The notes beneath the pieces were generated by a model that was not told the DNA's origin, ran no database searches, and saw only the letters and a list, made by a program, of their open reading frames with translations. The position numbers and the translations under genes are program-made. Below, one piece after another: positions 44,399 through 54,422 of a stretch of 64,000 nt of DNA (its first letter is position 1; each line of letters opens with the position of its first letter). The DNA comes from a virus: the IMG/VR virus record IMGVR_UViG_3300045911_000567, positions 1-64,000 of that record; one strand, given 5' to 3'.

Positions 44399-46401
44399 AA
44401 TAGTCTATTTAGTACCTCTGGTACTGCCAAACCTTCGTTTCTTAGTGCTTCATCTGTTCCTTTTAGGATAGATTTAACCGCCTCTGGATAGATAAAATCT
44501 GGAGACAACACCGCCGAGAGAACTTTTTCGAATACCAGTAAATCTGAAGGAGAAAATTTAGGACCAAATAATAATTCTGTTATGATTTTTGGTGTAGTAG
44601 ATATGAAAGCCGACGATTTTGTCTGAAAATTTTTTGTTATGCCTCTTTTACCTTCTCTGGACTGGGTGGAAAAGAATAATCCCTTAGAATAATCTAATAG
44701 TAAGCGCTGTTGCTCAATTGGCTGTCCAGAATTTGATTTTGTTATTCTGAGTGCCACAAACTTTGCTATTTGATTCAATAATATATTTCTATAAATTCCT
44801 TTAAATTCACTTTCTGATGTTGCCGGACCATAATAAATCCATTCGCTATAATCCAAATTATTAACTAACATCAAATCAACCTGTACCGATTTATTGTGTT
44901 GTTTTTTATTTATGTTTACAATCGGAAATGCGAAAGACACGATTCCAAGACCTCTACTATCTTTAACAGAAGCAGAAATTCGTTTAATCTTAGAAACAAC
45001 AAAATCAAACAACTCTTCTCTATTAAAGGATTTTGTACTCAAAATAGATTTAGCTGATATTGCTATGTCGATGTCACCAGAAGATTCTCCTGGCAATTTT
45101 TTTCCCGCCGAACCCAGTACCCTGAGATCGCTTTTTTCTATATTTAAAACAGAAGAAACGGCGGATATGGCTGCTTTTATCGTCTCGGCTGCATTCTCTT
45201 GATCTAATCGCGAGACTCCTATTATTGCGTTTCCTCCTTCATTGAGTGAGGCATGGAAAGAAAAATTCAGTCGAGAGAATTCAAGTCTATCCACCAATTT
45301 TATCACACGACCAGATCTGCTATTAAGAGCAACAAAACCTTCCTGTCCCGTAACTCTGAAACCATCGCCGGTTTGAATGAAGGTGCTCATAGAAGATATT
45401 TGATTTAATTTTTTAAGAATGATCGATTTTAGTTCTACTATGTAAAGTTGATATTTTAACAACTCTACCAAACTTGATTGATTATCAACGAGAAATTTTA
45501 TATGTCTTTCTTTTCCGTATGCAGACCTATACTTTGATGAAACATACTCAATCAGGCCAGGAATATCGGAAACTGTCATTTGCTTGCCCGTTCTCACTAA
45601 TATATTGCTATACGCCTTGACGTGGGTAGATATAGGAGAGTTAGATAATTCATCTGCGAATGACCGGATACTTTTTAGTGATTGTTTTGCCTTTTCTATT
45701 AATGAATTTAAATACGAAATTTCGGTTTTATTAAATTGAACGCCGGAACTTACATTTTTTAATGTTGCATCGTCAAACCAAACATCTTTTATTTTTTTCA
45801 GTTTGGTTATATCAGGGCTGAAGCTGGCTTTCATTTTGCTCATCTCGGAACCCTTATATTCGGTGTGCCATACTATTCCCAACTGGGCAGAGAGTATGTC
45901 TTTTGCTAAGGGACTGTTGAGTGGAACGCCATACGTTAGGGTATTTGGTTTAAATAGCACCATTTCTTGACCATCTATTGAGTCCAGAAAAAGACTACTT
46001 TTAGTGAAGATTACATCACCCTGTAGGACCCCTTTTATTCCCAGAGCCGGAAGAGTTGCCAGAGCAATTTTTAATATCTCTTGTACCCTGTCACTATTAG
46101 CATGATTTAACTCTATATCTTTTGGCGTAAAATTCAATTTTGGATTATTAGATAAAACAGCTTTTGTTCCAACAAAAAATTTCTTTGTTTTGGGATCAAT
46201 TCCGGCAAAGATAGCAAGGGAGCCATCCCATTTAGTTGTAATCTTCGAATCAGAAACAGATCCCTCTAAATTTTTAATGATATCTGATAGAACATCGAGA
46301 GCATATTTTCCTCCTCGGGCACCATCATTAATGATGTAGTCCTCTACATGCTCAATGTGGGTATTTTTTGCTTCCGAGATGTATTGAAAAAACTTTTTCA
46401 T
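44395..46401 (-). CDS. DUF6267-like ligase-fold protein fused to a Pol-beta nucleotidyltransferase
   Basis: MKKFFQYISE; NTHIEH.ED, TTKWDG, QGD, EGFV, KLVDRLEFS; then LNEGGN..LGSAGKK..SGDIDIA..VQVDLM. Confidence 0.75.
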   Translation of the reverse strand: MKKFFQYISEAKNTHIEHVEDYIINDGARGGKYALDVLSDIIKNLEGSVSDSKITTKWDGSLAIFAGIDPKTKKFFVGTKAVLSNNPKLNFTPKDIELNHANSDRVQEILKIALATLPALGIKGVLQGDVIFTKSSLFLDSIDGQEMVLFKPNTLTYGVPLNSPLAKDILSAQLGIVWHTEYKGSEMSKMKASFSPDITKLKKIKDVWFDDATLKNVSSGVQFNKTEISYLNSLIEKAKQSLKSIRSFADELSNSPISTHVKAYSNILVRTGKQMTVSDIPGLIEYVSSKYRSAYGKERHIKFLVDNQSSLVELLKYQLYIVELKSIILKKLNQISSMSTFIQTGDGFRVTGQEGFVALNSRSGRVIKLVDRLEFSRLNFSFHASLNEGGNAIIGVSRLDQENAAETIKAAISAVSSVLNIEKSDLRVLGSAGKKLPGESSGDIDIAISAKSILSTKSFNREELFDFVVSKIKRISASVKDSRGLGIVSFAFPIVNINKKQHNKSVQVDLMLVNNLDYSEWIYYGPATSESEFKGIYRNILLNQIAKFVALRITKSNSGQPIEQQRLLLDYSKGLFFSTQSREGKRGITKNFQTKSSAFISTTPKIITELLFGPKFSPSDLLVFEKVLSAVLSPDFIYPEAVKSILKGTDEALRNEGLAVPEVLNRLL

Positions 46402-46410
46402 ATAACATAT

Positions 46411-46417
46411 TATTTAG
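46411..46417 (-). promoter_or_regulatory. Late promoter core CTAAATA (representative of a recurring NTAAATA motif)
   Basis: The same motif lies just upstream of late-type genes at 5870, 9755, 19478, 20393, 23881, 40296, 41469, 42173, 43664, 44406, 52721, 54245 (-) and 10091, 12436, 23056 (+). Confidence 0.7.
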
Positions 46418-46430
46418 TTCGCCCTGATGT

Positions 46431-47876
46431 TTATATGTCATCGTCATAATTGAAAGATCTAAATCTGCTGATCTTTTCGGCTTTCATTCGCAAACCGAAC
46501 TGAGATTTATCAAATGCTGGTGTATCTTTCTCTGCCTTGCGGTCGGATTGTTTTTTTTCTAAAAGATCACTTTGAGCACTTTCTTCTACATCATATAACC
46601 TCATTTTCGACCTATCTATTCCTAGAATAAATCGTTTGTTAGACATTACATTATTATATCTATTCTTGAGTTGTTTTACTAATATCTGCCCCATCTTCTC
46701 GAGGTCTTCTGTAGAAATCAATGCTGCCATGAAATCTGCTGTTGCTGGCAATCCCCACGATTCTGATGTATGATCGAGATCGACATCATTGTTTGAAAAC
46801 CCCTTGCGAGAAGTTTGGGTTGCCGACCAAATGGGAACATTCTGTTCTTGTGCAAGTCCTCTAAATTCTTCTGCTATCGCTTTAATATAAAGATAAGAAT
46901 TGCTGCTTGCATCCGAACTAAGCCTTGATGATGCGGCTATATTCAAATAATCGACGAGAATAACATCGGGTATGAAATTCTTTTTGATCTTTAATTCATG
47001 AAGCAGTGCCCTAAAGTGCGTAACGGTTGCTGATGCCGTAGGATATTCTTTTATGATAATCTTACCTTTTGTTTTCGATCTAATTGCTTCTATTTTCTTG
47101 TCGTACACATCTTTAGGAAGAACTGCCAGGTCAACTATAGGAACATCTAAAAGGTTGGCATCAATTCTTTCTGCAATTCTTTCTTGTGACATTTCAAGCG
47201 TGATATACAAAACATTATAGCCGCGCATCATGTATGCACCGGCAAGATGGCATAAAGTCAGAGATTTGCCAATTCCGGTACTCGACATAAAGATATTAAG
47301 GGTTTTTCTCGGAACGCCACCCCCAGTAATCTTATTCATATAATCTAAGTCGAATGGAAGTTTATCCTCGATATTACGATAAGATTGAAATCTTTCGTTG
47401 AAATCTTCCAAATAGTTATGCCCGACACTGTTGTCGAATGTCACGGCAAGAGCATCCGAAAATAACTGTGGAATAACTGCTTTGCTCTTTTTGCCAGATT
47501 TGTCTTGCATAATCTCTACCGTTGCCTGTGCGGCTAGATTAAATGCACAAAACTGGCACCATTTTTCTGTTTCTTTTATTAGAAAATCAAGATCACTGAA
47601 AATATCAGGTTTGGTCAATTTTGATATTGTGTCTTTTATACTCTTAAATGACGAAGTATCTGCGGTGGTATTATTCGAGAGTTTAATCATCAATCCTTCG
47701 ATGGTAGGATTGACATCATATGTATCTATGAAACTCTTTATTTCGTGAAAGATCGTTCGTTCGGCATAATCAAAAAAGTAATCTTCTTTGATATAAGGTA
47801 TCACCCGTTTCATGTATTCGGGATACCATATCAAATTCGTTAATATTACTAATTCAATCCTTTCATTCAGAAGCAT
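46431..47876 (-). CDS. gp41: Replicative DNA helicase
   Basis: KITGGG.P.KTLN, TGIGKS, TLEMS, IKEYPT, VDYLNI, SESWGLPATAD, KQLKNRY. Confidence 0.96.
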   Translation of the reverse strand: MLLNERIELVILTNLIWYPEYMKRVIPYIKEDYFFDYAERTIFHEIKSFIDTYDVNPTIEGLMIKLSNNTTADTSSFKSIKDTISKLTKPDIFSDLDFLIKETEKWCQFCAFNLAAQATVEIMQDKSGKKSKAVIPQLFSDALAVTFDNSVGHNYLEDFNERFQSYRNIEDKLPFDLDYMNKITGGGVPRKTLNIFMSSTGIGKSLTLCHLAGAYMMRGYNVLYITLEMSQERIAERIDANLLDVPIVDLAVLPKDVYDKKIEAIRSKTKGKIIIKEYPTASATVTHFRALLHELKIKKNFIPDVILVDYLNIAASSRLSSDASSNSYLYIKAIAEEFRGLAQEQNVPIWSATQTSRKGFSNNDVDLDHTSESWGLPATADFMAALISTEDLEKMGQILVKQLKNRYNNVMSNKRFILGIDRSKMRLYDVEESAQSDLLEKKQSDRKAEKDTPAFDKSQFGLRMKAEKISRFRSFNYDDDI

Positions 47877-48249
47877 CTGATTTATTCAAAAATGGATTTT
47901 CGAGATCGAGTATCATTTTTCCTGAGGGAGATTTTGTCAATCTATCAGAATATTTTTCAATAATAGAAATCAGTATATCTCCGACTAATTTTTTAAAATC
48001 TTTCTCATCTTCTTCTGAAAAATCTACACCTCTAAATCTATCAGGAACATACCATATATCCTGTTCAAATGACATAGTTGGGTTTGGCTTTAGCAATGAA
48101 GGCTCTTTGATTTGAATTTTGCCATAAGAATACACTATGCCTTCCCATTTTCCTGCGGAGGCGGTTAATTTTACACACCACCTCTTATGTTTCTTCGCAC
48201 TCGGAGATGGATCGTGGATTATCTGATATTTCGATTCTAAATCACTCAT
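47863..48249 (-). CDS. Hypothetical protein at the gp40 position
   Basis: Lies between uvsX and gp41; GIVYSYGK..VGDILISII. Confidence 0.6.
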   Translation of the reverse strand: MSDLESKYQIIHDPSPSAKKHKRWCVKLTASAGKWEGIVYSYGKIQIKEPSLLKPNPTMSFEQDIWYVPDRFRGVDFSEEDEKDFKKLVGDILISIIEKYSDRLTKSPSGKMILDLENPFLNKSDASE

Positions 48250-49303
48250 TTTCTAATATTTCATCAACTAAAGATTCAGGCGAGGAAATTCCATATTCAA
48301 ATTTACTCTTAACAAAAGCGTCGAGTTGTTTTAAAACATCTTCAGTAAAATACTTTTCGGGATTTTTAATAATAGCATTACCAAAAACAGAAGTGCCGTC
48401 AGGCAAAACAATTTTGGTGGAACTTTTTTTAAATATATTAGCTTCTATAGCAAGTTCGAGTAATCCAAAATACCTGTCGAGGCCCTTATCAAAAGATAAA
48501 GCAGTGAAAATTTCGGAACCCTCTCTGGTCAATCTGCCTTTTACTGTCTTGCATCTAATCTTAACACCTTTCTGAACTCCCTCTGTGTCTTTATCTTTAC
48601 TCTTGCCCAGAGCAACAATAATACTTGCTGAATATTTCAATCCGGAACCTCCTGCTAACTCTTTTGTGGGAAACATTCCCATTGTTTGATACACATGATT
48701 CGTTACAAGCATGGGGATTCCTGCTCGAGCTAGTTTTAGAGTTAGAACGCGAAAAGCTGCCTTAATTTCTTGCGTTCGTGTCATGTCTTTCACTTCTTTG
48801 CCTGACTCAGTATCTGCCATTTCCTTTGAGGTCGATAACATTCCCAGAGAGTCCAACAAGAACATCATGTTTCTTCTGTCTTTTTCGTTTTTATTGAGGT
48901 GGTTGTCAACAATTTTCAGTGCTTGTGTTTTGAATTGTTGAACCGTTTCAACTGGAACAACCAACACTCTAGAAACATCAATTTGCCTATCAATAAGGAG
49001 ATCTTTTGTAATAGCTCCTTCTGATTCAAAAATGATTCCGAGGTTCTTTTTATCCAGCGATAGAAAATGCTTTAATACAGACAAGACGAAGTAGGTTTTT
49101 CCTGTTGCTTCCTCGCCGGCAAAAGCCACAATTTTATTCGATGGAATTCCTTTATAGATAGATCCTGATAAGAGGGCATTGAGTGTATAAGAACCGGTGT
49201 CAATAAAACCTGCAATATCTGCATAGGTTCCATCTTCTGCGACGGAAGCATTTTCATTTGCTATTAATGATATAATTTCACCTAAATCATTATTCTTCGA
49301 CAT
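48242..49303 (-). CDS. uvsX: RecA-like recombinase
   Basis: IDTGSY.LNALLSG, GEEATGKT, DSLGMLST.KE, DMTR, GGSGLKYSAS. Confidence 0.95.
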   Translation of the reverse strand: MSKNNDLGEIISLIANENASVAEDGTYADIAGFIDTGSYTLNALLSGSIYKGIPSNKIVAFAGEEATGKTYFVLSVLKHFLSLDKKNLGIIFESEGAITKDLLIDRQIDVSRVLVVPVETVQQFKTQALKIVDNHLNKNEKDRRNMMFLLDSLGMLSTSKEMADTESGKEVKDMTRTQEIKAAFRVLTLKLARAGIPMLVTNHVYQTMGMFPTKELAGGSGLKYSASIIVALGKSKDKDTEGVQKGVKIRCKTVKGRLTREGSEIFTALSFDKGLDRYFGLLELAIEANIFKKSSTKIVLPDGTSVFGNAIIKNPEKYFTEDVLKQLDAFVKSKFEYGISSPESLVDEILENE

Positions 49304-49311
49304 ATGTACTC

Positions 49312-51867
49312 CTATCCAAAAAAATATTCTAGTGATGTTTCTTGTTCTGCCTTCCAGTTGATCGCGGCAAGAATGTGTTGCATCGGTTCTAGGAACGCCT
49401 TTTCAAACTGTTTATCGTAATCGACATACTTATGTAAGTTTAATTCTTGCGGAAGTCCAGTTTCAGGAACAGCTATTACATGTGATTGAACGGGATTTGG
49501 CTCTCTTAAATACATAAACTTAATCTTATCACCATCACGAATCAAAGGCAAAATTTTATCTAATCCTTTTGAATTAACAAAATGATTGTATAATAAAGCC
49601 CCTCGAACATGAATTGGAGTTCCTCCCTTAAAAAGTTCGACCTCATCTGTATATTTGACTAATCCATTCATGCCACGAGGAAAAGCTACATCTGCCGGAT
49701 TTAAGGTTCTAAATTCCTCTTTTTTTTCTGATATAAATTTTTGTAGGGTTGCTTCATCTGTATCAAATATGAGCTGGGTTGCCTCAGTAATATACCTTCG
49801 ACATATTTCTGGAGTTGATGATCGAACCGCTTCAATGCCCATGATCTTTAATTTTTTCTTTCGTATGCCTTCAATATCATATGTGTTGAGCATATATCTC
49901 TTCTTGGCAGTCCATACCCCTTTGTTGGCAATGACTTCTCGTTTCATGTTGATTGACTGAGAATAGCAATTCAAATATTCACTAAGCGCAAAAGCGGATT
50001 TTGATATAACTGGCTTTATCTTATTTTCAGAGAATTGATCCAATACATCTACTATTTTATCATTAGAATCTAATTTTAATTGCTTGATCAAATCTCCTAA
50101 AGTAATATAGATGGAGTCTGTGTCTATGGCAACAATTCGATTCTTATTATCTTTCATCAGAGAGGATAGATATAGATCAACGTCTTTTGCAATCCACTTA
50201 ATAGCAAGTTGACCAGATAGGGTTACGGCTTCGGCAAGTCGAGTGTCATAAAATCGAAAATAATTGGTTCCCATTGCTCCGTATGCCGAATTCAATTGAA
50301 TCTTTTTCGTCAATTGAAAATTGTTGTATTTAGAAACATCAAATTCGAGTTGTTTAACTTTATTTTTAAGATTAATGTCGTCTGGTCGTATTTGAAGTAT
50401 CTTCAATGTTTCTTCTAATTCCCGCTTTGCCTCTGCAAGTTTTTTCTTATATAACTTTCGATCTTCTATCATTCGGTTTAATATGTCAGGTAAAAACCCT
50501 CTTTTTTCTTTACTGAAAGTAAACCCATTGACCGCTAGAGTTTCGTCTTTCTCGTTCAAAAACTTGGTATCAATTTTTTTATTGAGTAGGTCGTCTACAT
50601 TATATTCATCTCTCTCTTCGATGTATTTAAATGTATCGGAAACAAAAGTTCCTGTAATTGTTTCAGGAGAAATATTAAACTGAACAATAAGGTGTGGATA
50701 TAATGAATCTATGTCAAAAGAAACTATCCAATCATACATACCGGGAATAACATCCTTGACATAGGCTCCTGCGTATTTTTCTAATTTATTTTTATGTTCA
50801 TGCTGGGGTAGAACTAGATTGTGCTGTTTAAAATAGTTGAAGATAATCGAATCCCACAATCTTACTTGAGTGAAAACGTCTGTGTAATTAGTCTTTGCAT
50901 CATATGCAATATTGATACTCATTTCTATCAACTTCAATTTTTCTTCGAGGCGATATACTAACTCAACATCTTTGATGTTATAATCGATGAACTTCTGATA
51001 ATTTTCATGATATAAGTTATGCAATGAACCATATTCATCATACGATAACTTATGTTCATTCAGTTCGACATATGCAATATAATTCAACTTTTCGCTTTCT
51101 TGTTTTGGTTGAAACTTTCTATACAACTCATAATAATCAAGAACTGCTATCCCAATCAACTCCACTACGTCTTGTTTTTTTCCTTTGTGTATTACTTGTC
51201 TTATGCCGATCTGCCTCCACGGAGATAACTTTGATGCGGTCTTTTCATCTAAGACTCTAATAATTCTGTTCACTAGATAAGGAAGATCGAAAAATTGAAT
51301 ATTCCAGCCTGAGACGATATCTATTTCCTTGGAACGCCACAGTTCTATAAATTTTTTCAATAAGTCTTCTTCACTTTCACAGAAAATAAATTTGACATTA
51401 TTTCTGGTATTTTTATATCTATTAAGACCAAAAACAAAATAGCAACCATTAATTAACATAGTAATGGCTGTTATTTTTTGCCAAGGATTTTCGGGAGAGG
51501 CATAACCATTTGCTGTATCAACTTCTATATCAATATATGCGGTATTGATATATTTAAAATCATAGTCTATCTTTTGCTCTTTGTGGTAATCTGCTATGAA
51601 TGCATAAATGAATTTCGTGTTACCAAAAAAGGATAAATTTGAGATGTCCTTGGTTTCCCGTATGAACCTATTTGCATCAGAGATCGATTCGAATTGAATT
51701 CTTTCTACTGGCTCGTCTTGTAATGTTTTATAGTCAGTGGGCTTGTTTGTTTTGACGAACAATGATGGTTTGTATTCAATTTTTTTCTTGACCCGTTCTC
51801 CGTTTGAAACGCCACGGTATAAAATATTATTCCCCAATAGGGATACATTAGTATAAAACTCAGACAT
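49312..51867 (-). CDS. gp43: Family B DNA polymerase
   Basis: DIE, GWN..FD, YNIKDV, DIDSLYPH, K..LNSAYG, DTDS, KKRY; no intein-sized insertion. Confidence 0.98.
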   Translation of the reverse strand: MSEFYTNVSLLGNNILYRGVSNGERVKKKIEYKPSLFVKTNKPTDYKTLQDEPVERIQFESISDANRFIRETKDISNLSFFGNTKFIYAFIADYHKEQKIDYDFKYINTAYIDIEVDTANGYASPENPWQKITAITMLINGCYFVFGLNRYKNTRNNVKFIFCESEEDLLKKFIELWRSKEIDIVSGWNIQFFDLPYLVNRIIRVLDEKTASKLSPWRQIGIRQVIHKGKKQDVVELIGIAVLDYYELYRKFQPKQESEKLNYIAYVELNEHKLSYDEYGSLHNLYHENYQKFIDYNIKDVELVYRLEEKLKLIEMSINIAYDAKTNYTDVFTQVRLWDSIIFNYFKQHNLVLPQHEHKNKLEKYAGAYVKDVIPGMYDWIVSFDIDSLYPHLIVQFNISPETITGTFVSDTFKYIEERDEYNVDDLLNKKIDTKFLNEKDETLAVNGFTFSKEKRGFLPDILNRMIEDRKLYKKKLAEAKRELEETLKILQIRPDDINLKNKVKQLEFDVSKYNNFQLTKKIQLNSAYGAMGTNYFRFYDTRLAEAVTLSGQLAIKWIAKDVDLYLSSLMKDNKNRIVAIDTDSIYITLGDLIKQLKLDSNDKIVDVLDQFSENKIKPVISKSAFALSEYLNCYSQSINMKREVIANKGVWTAKKRYMLNTYDIEGIRKKKLKIMGIEAVRSSTPEICRRYITEATQLIFDTDEATLQKFISEKKEEFRTLNPADVAFPRGMNGLVKYTDEVELFKGGTPIHVRGALLYNHFVNSKGLDKILPLIRDGDKIKFMYLREPNPVQSHVIAVPETGLPQELNLHKYVDYDKQFEKAFLEPMQHILAAINWKAEQETSLEYFFG

Positions 51868-51890
51868 ATGTGATTATATAGCACGTATTT

Positions 51891-52196
51891 CTAGCGTGGA
51901 CTAATAATTTGGGACGACGGCGTAATTATTTTACTGTGTATTTTCTGATAATGTTGAACTATCGAGGATGCCGGCTCATATGTAAAAAGTACCTTATCTT
52001 TACTAATCACAAAACTTGTTTCGGCAGCAAAAGGCAAAAAGGGATGAAACTGGACACCGATACTGCCTCTGTCATTCGACGGAGTTGGAATTATTACAGT
52101 AGGATTTATTAATCTATAACTTGAACCGAGATCCTCAAATTCTGCTAACACCTCAACCGATGTTTGTAGAGCAAATATCATTATCTTCTGAGCCAT
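51891..52196 (-). CDS. Conserved T4-like protein (Sm-like fold)
   Basis: EVLAE..NP..I..PFLPF..V.F..EP..Y..S.IITP; upstream of gp43. Confidence 0.65.
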   Translation of the reverse strand: MAQKIMIFALQTSVEVLAEFEDLGSSYRLINPTVIIPTPSNDRGSIGVQFHPFLPFAAETSFVISKDKVLFTYEPASSIVQHYQKIHSKIITPSSQIISPR

Positions 52197-52705
52197 CGTC
52201 TCCTCTTGCTTGGTTGTTCTGCGACTTCTTCGGGTTTTGTTTTCGGTTCCTCAACTCTAATCGGCGTGTCGAATAATCTCTTTTCCGCTTCTCTTCTTCT
52301 AACCAGACCCGGCAGCACTTGACCGTTAGCTCTTGTCCATCTCAATAATTGTTCGCTTGCGCCCTCATAGTTTCCACTATTCAATAACTTCAGTAAAGTG
52401 GATGATCGAAAATTACCTTCTCCTACATTATACACAAAAGACACTAATGCGTCAAATTGATTTTGATTTAATTCAACTGTTGTGTGTCTTGTAACCGCTG
52501 CCTCAAATGCTTTTAAATCCTCCTTCAATAGACGTTCGGCCTCTTCGACTGTAATTTTTGTGCCCAAGTTAATGGGCTTTCCATTAATTCTGGTAGTTCC
52601 ATATCCTATTGTTACCACTTTTGCAGGACACAGATACGCTTCGAGTTTTAGTCCCTCGAAGTGTTTTATTATACTAAGACCATTATTACTTGTCTTCATG
52701 CTCAT
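52181..52705 (-). CDS. Endolysin, GH24 phage lysozyme
   Basis: FEG..AY.CPA...TIGYG, QNQFDALVSF.YN.G, GLVRRREAE; GTAAATA at 52721-27. Confidence 0.95.
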   Translation of the reverse strand: MSMKTSNNGLSIIKHFEGLKLEAYLCPAKVVTIGYGTTRINGKPINLGTKITVEEAERLLKEDLKAFEAAVTRHTTVELNQNQFDALVSFVYNVGEGNFRSSTLLKLLNSGNYEGASEQLLRWTRANGQVLPGLVRRREAEKRLFDTPIRVEEPKTKPEEVAEQPSKRRRWLRR

Positions 52706-53360
52706 GTGAAAATCCCTTCTTATTTACTTCAATTATTATAGGATCATTAACTAGTGCATATCTATGATCTAACATCGAAACATTATAAAAACTTATGCCA
52801 TCGACTGATGTGTGTCCATATGCCTCATGTATATGACCAAAAATATGAAACTTCGGCTTAATCTTCAACACCCGTTCCAATAGTGCTTGACATCCCACGG
52901 ATTGTCCGGAAACAGTTTTATCGAGTATTCCTTTCGGAGGACCGTGTGTTATTAAAAAGTCTATATCGTCGGGTATTAAATCCCAATAATAATGCATTTC
53001 ATCGCGGGAAGCCATAAATGCCCAATTATAAAATTCCGGAGTCATCGGAGACCCCCAGAATTTCACTTCATCTATTATATAACCAGAATTTTCCAAATAT
53101 ACAATACCACTCGATTCTAAAATGGCTATAGCTTCATGTTTTGGAATTTTTGCACGAGGATGTCTGTCGAAAGATAAATCATGATTACCAGCTATAACTA
53201 ACTTATGTTGATATTGTTTCTTTGAGAGAATTTCAGCAAATTTTATTATGTCTCGCTTCTCTCCCACGGACGAAAGATCGCCTGCGAAAACTAAAACATC
53301 CGCATCAGGAAGTTCAAAATTGCTGATGCCATGCGTATCGCTGAACGCTAAGACTTTCAT
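52686..53360 (-). CDS. Metallophosphoesterase (239FB-like)
   Basis: SDTH, AGD, GNHD, THGPP, FGHIHE. Confidence 0.9.
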   Translation of the reverse strand: MKVLAFSDTHGISNFELPDADVLVFAGDLSSVGEKRDIIKFAEILSKKQYQHKLVIAGNHDLSFDRHPRAKIPKHEAIAILESSGIVYLENSGYIIDEVKFWGSPMTPEFYNWAFMASRDEMHYYWDLIPDDIDFLITHGPPKGILDKTVSGQSVGCQALLERVLKIKPKFHIFGHIHEAYGHTSVDGISFYNVSMLDHRYALVNDPIIIEVNKKGFSHEHEDK

Positions 53361-53824
53361 GATTTTCCTGTGCTGCCAAAACCACCGGTCCGGTTGCCTT
53401 TCAAAGCCGGTTTTTGTTTTGTTTCCTTAATAGTGAATCGTAAATCTTTTACAATTTCTCCTTGAGCAATTCTATCACCATGCTGAATTATCGCAATTTT
53501 TTCTGGATGAAGATTTATCAATGCAACGAAAATTTGATCCACATAATCAGCGTCAATAATACCTTGACCATTAATTAAAGTCAGTCCATCTCTGGCTGCA
53601 AGACCGGATCTGGCATGAATTCGTAAGGAATATCCTTCGGGTAAATCTACAAACAGCCCAGTAGGAACTAGAAACTTTTCTCCTGGGCGTAGGGTAATTG
53701 TTGAGTCTCTGTTGTCGAAGTGTGCTCTAATGTCAAAACATGCAGACTGTAGTGTTGAATATTCTGGCAACCTTGCTCCTTCGGCAAGATAAAATTTTAC
53801 CTCATTTTTTCTTTTTGCTTCCAA
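53357..53824 (-). CDS. dut: Trimeric dUTPase
   Basis: ACFD, RSGLA, GIIDADY, RIAQ, RTGGFGSTG. Confidence 0.95.
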   Translation of the reverse strand: MEAKRKNEVKFYLAEGARLPEYSTLQSACFDIRAHFDNRDSTITLRPGEKFLVPTGLFVDLPEGYSLRIHARSGLAARDGLTLINGQGIIDADYVDQIFVALINLHPEKIAIIQHGDRIAQGEIVKDLRFTIKETKQKPALKGNRTGGFGSTGKS

Positions 53825-54215
53825 TGTTATATTTTGCCTCTAATTGCCATTCATTTTTTTCCTTGAAGGATAGTATTTTTAAATTCCCCACGGGAATTGT
53901 TTTTTCTACCCGGTTCTTGTCACGAATAACCAATAAATTCCATTCTTCAAGAATTTTTACAATAGTGTTTCTTCGTGCTATGTCGTCGTCTGTTAGAGTT
54001 GCTTGCTTTCCATCAAGTTTGAATAACTCCTTGAAATGTAGTATAGCATATTCTCCGCGCTTATGCAAGATATGGCAACTCTGAAAAAGTTTTTTTTCTT
54101 TTGCCGAAGATATTCCAATGCGAGTGAGTGTCTCGCGGATTTTAAGGAAATCCTTCTGATCTATAAGATTTATGCGAACGCCCAAACCTAGAAAAACATC
54201 ATTATCTACAATCAT
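53802..54215 (-). CDS. regA: Translational repressor
   Basis: DFLKIRETLTRIG..LFQSCHILHK.G.Y..HFKELF.LDG..RRNTI..W.L..KY.IG. Confidence 0.96.
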   Translation of the reverse strand: MIVDNDVFLGLGVRINLIDQKDFLKIRETLTRIGISSAKEKKLFQSCHILHKRGEYAILHFKELFKLDGKQATLTDDDIARRNTIVKILEEWNLLVIRDKNRVEKTIPVGNLKILSFKEKNEWQLEAKYNIGSKKKK

Positions 54216-54257
54216 AATAATCCACCGATAAAATATTACTATCTTATTTAGTGGATA

Positions 54258-54422
54258 TTAAATTCTAAATAATCGTTTCCATAGAGATTTTTTCGGAGGA
54301 TATAGCTTTTTAAATATGGGCAATAGCAATTTTTCACAGTCTTTAAGAGACTGTTTATTATCTTCAAGTTGTTTTAATATCTCTAAAAGAAGTTTATTTC
54401 TTTCTGCTTCTTCTCTGTTCAC
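54258..54422 (-). CDS. Small hypothetical protein (54 aa)
   Basis: Read manually: GTG start with GGAG SD; NREEAERNKLLLEILKQL...SLWKRLFRI*. Confidence 0.45.
   Translation of the reverse strand: MNREEAERNKLLLEILKQLEDNKQSLKDCEKLLLPIFKKLYPPKKSLWKRLFRI

Noticed and set aside
29951-51867. Introns or inteins in nrdJ, gp41, uvsX or gp43
   Set aside because: The ORFs are continuous, of expected size, and show no intein motifs.
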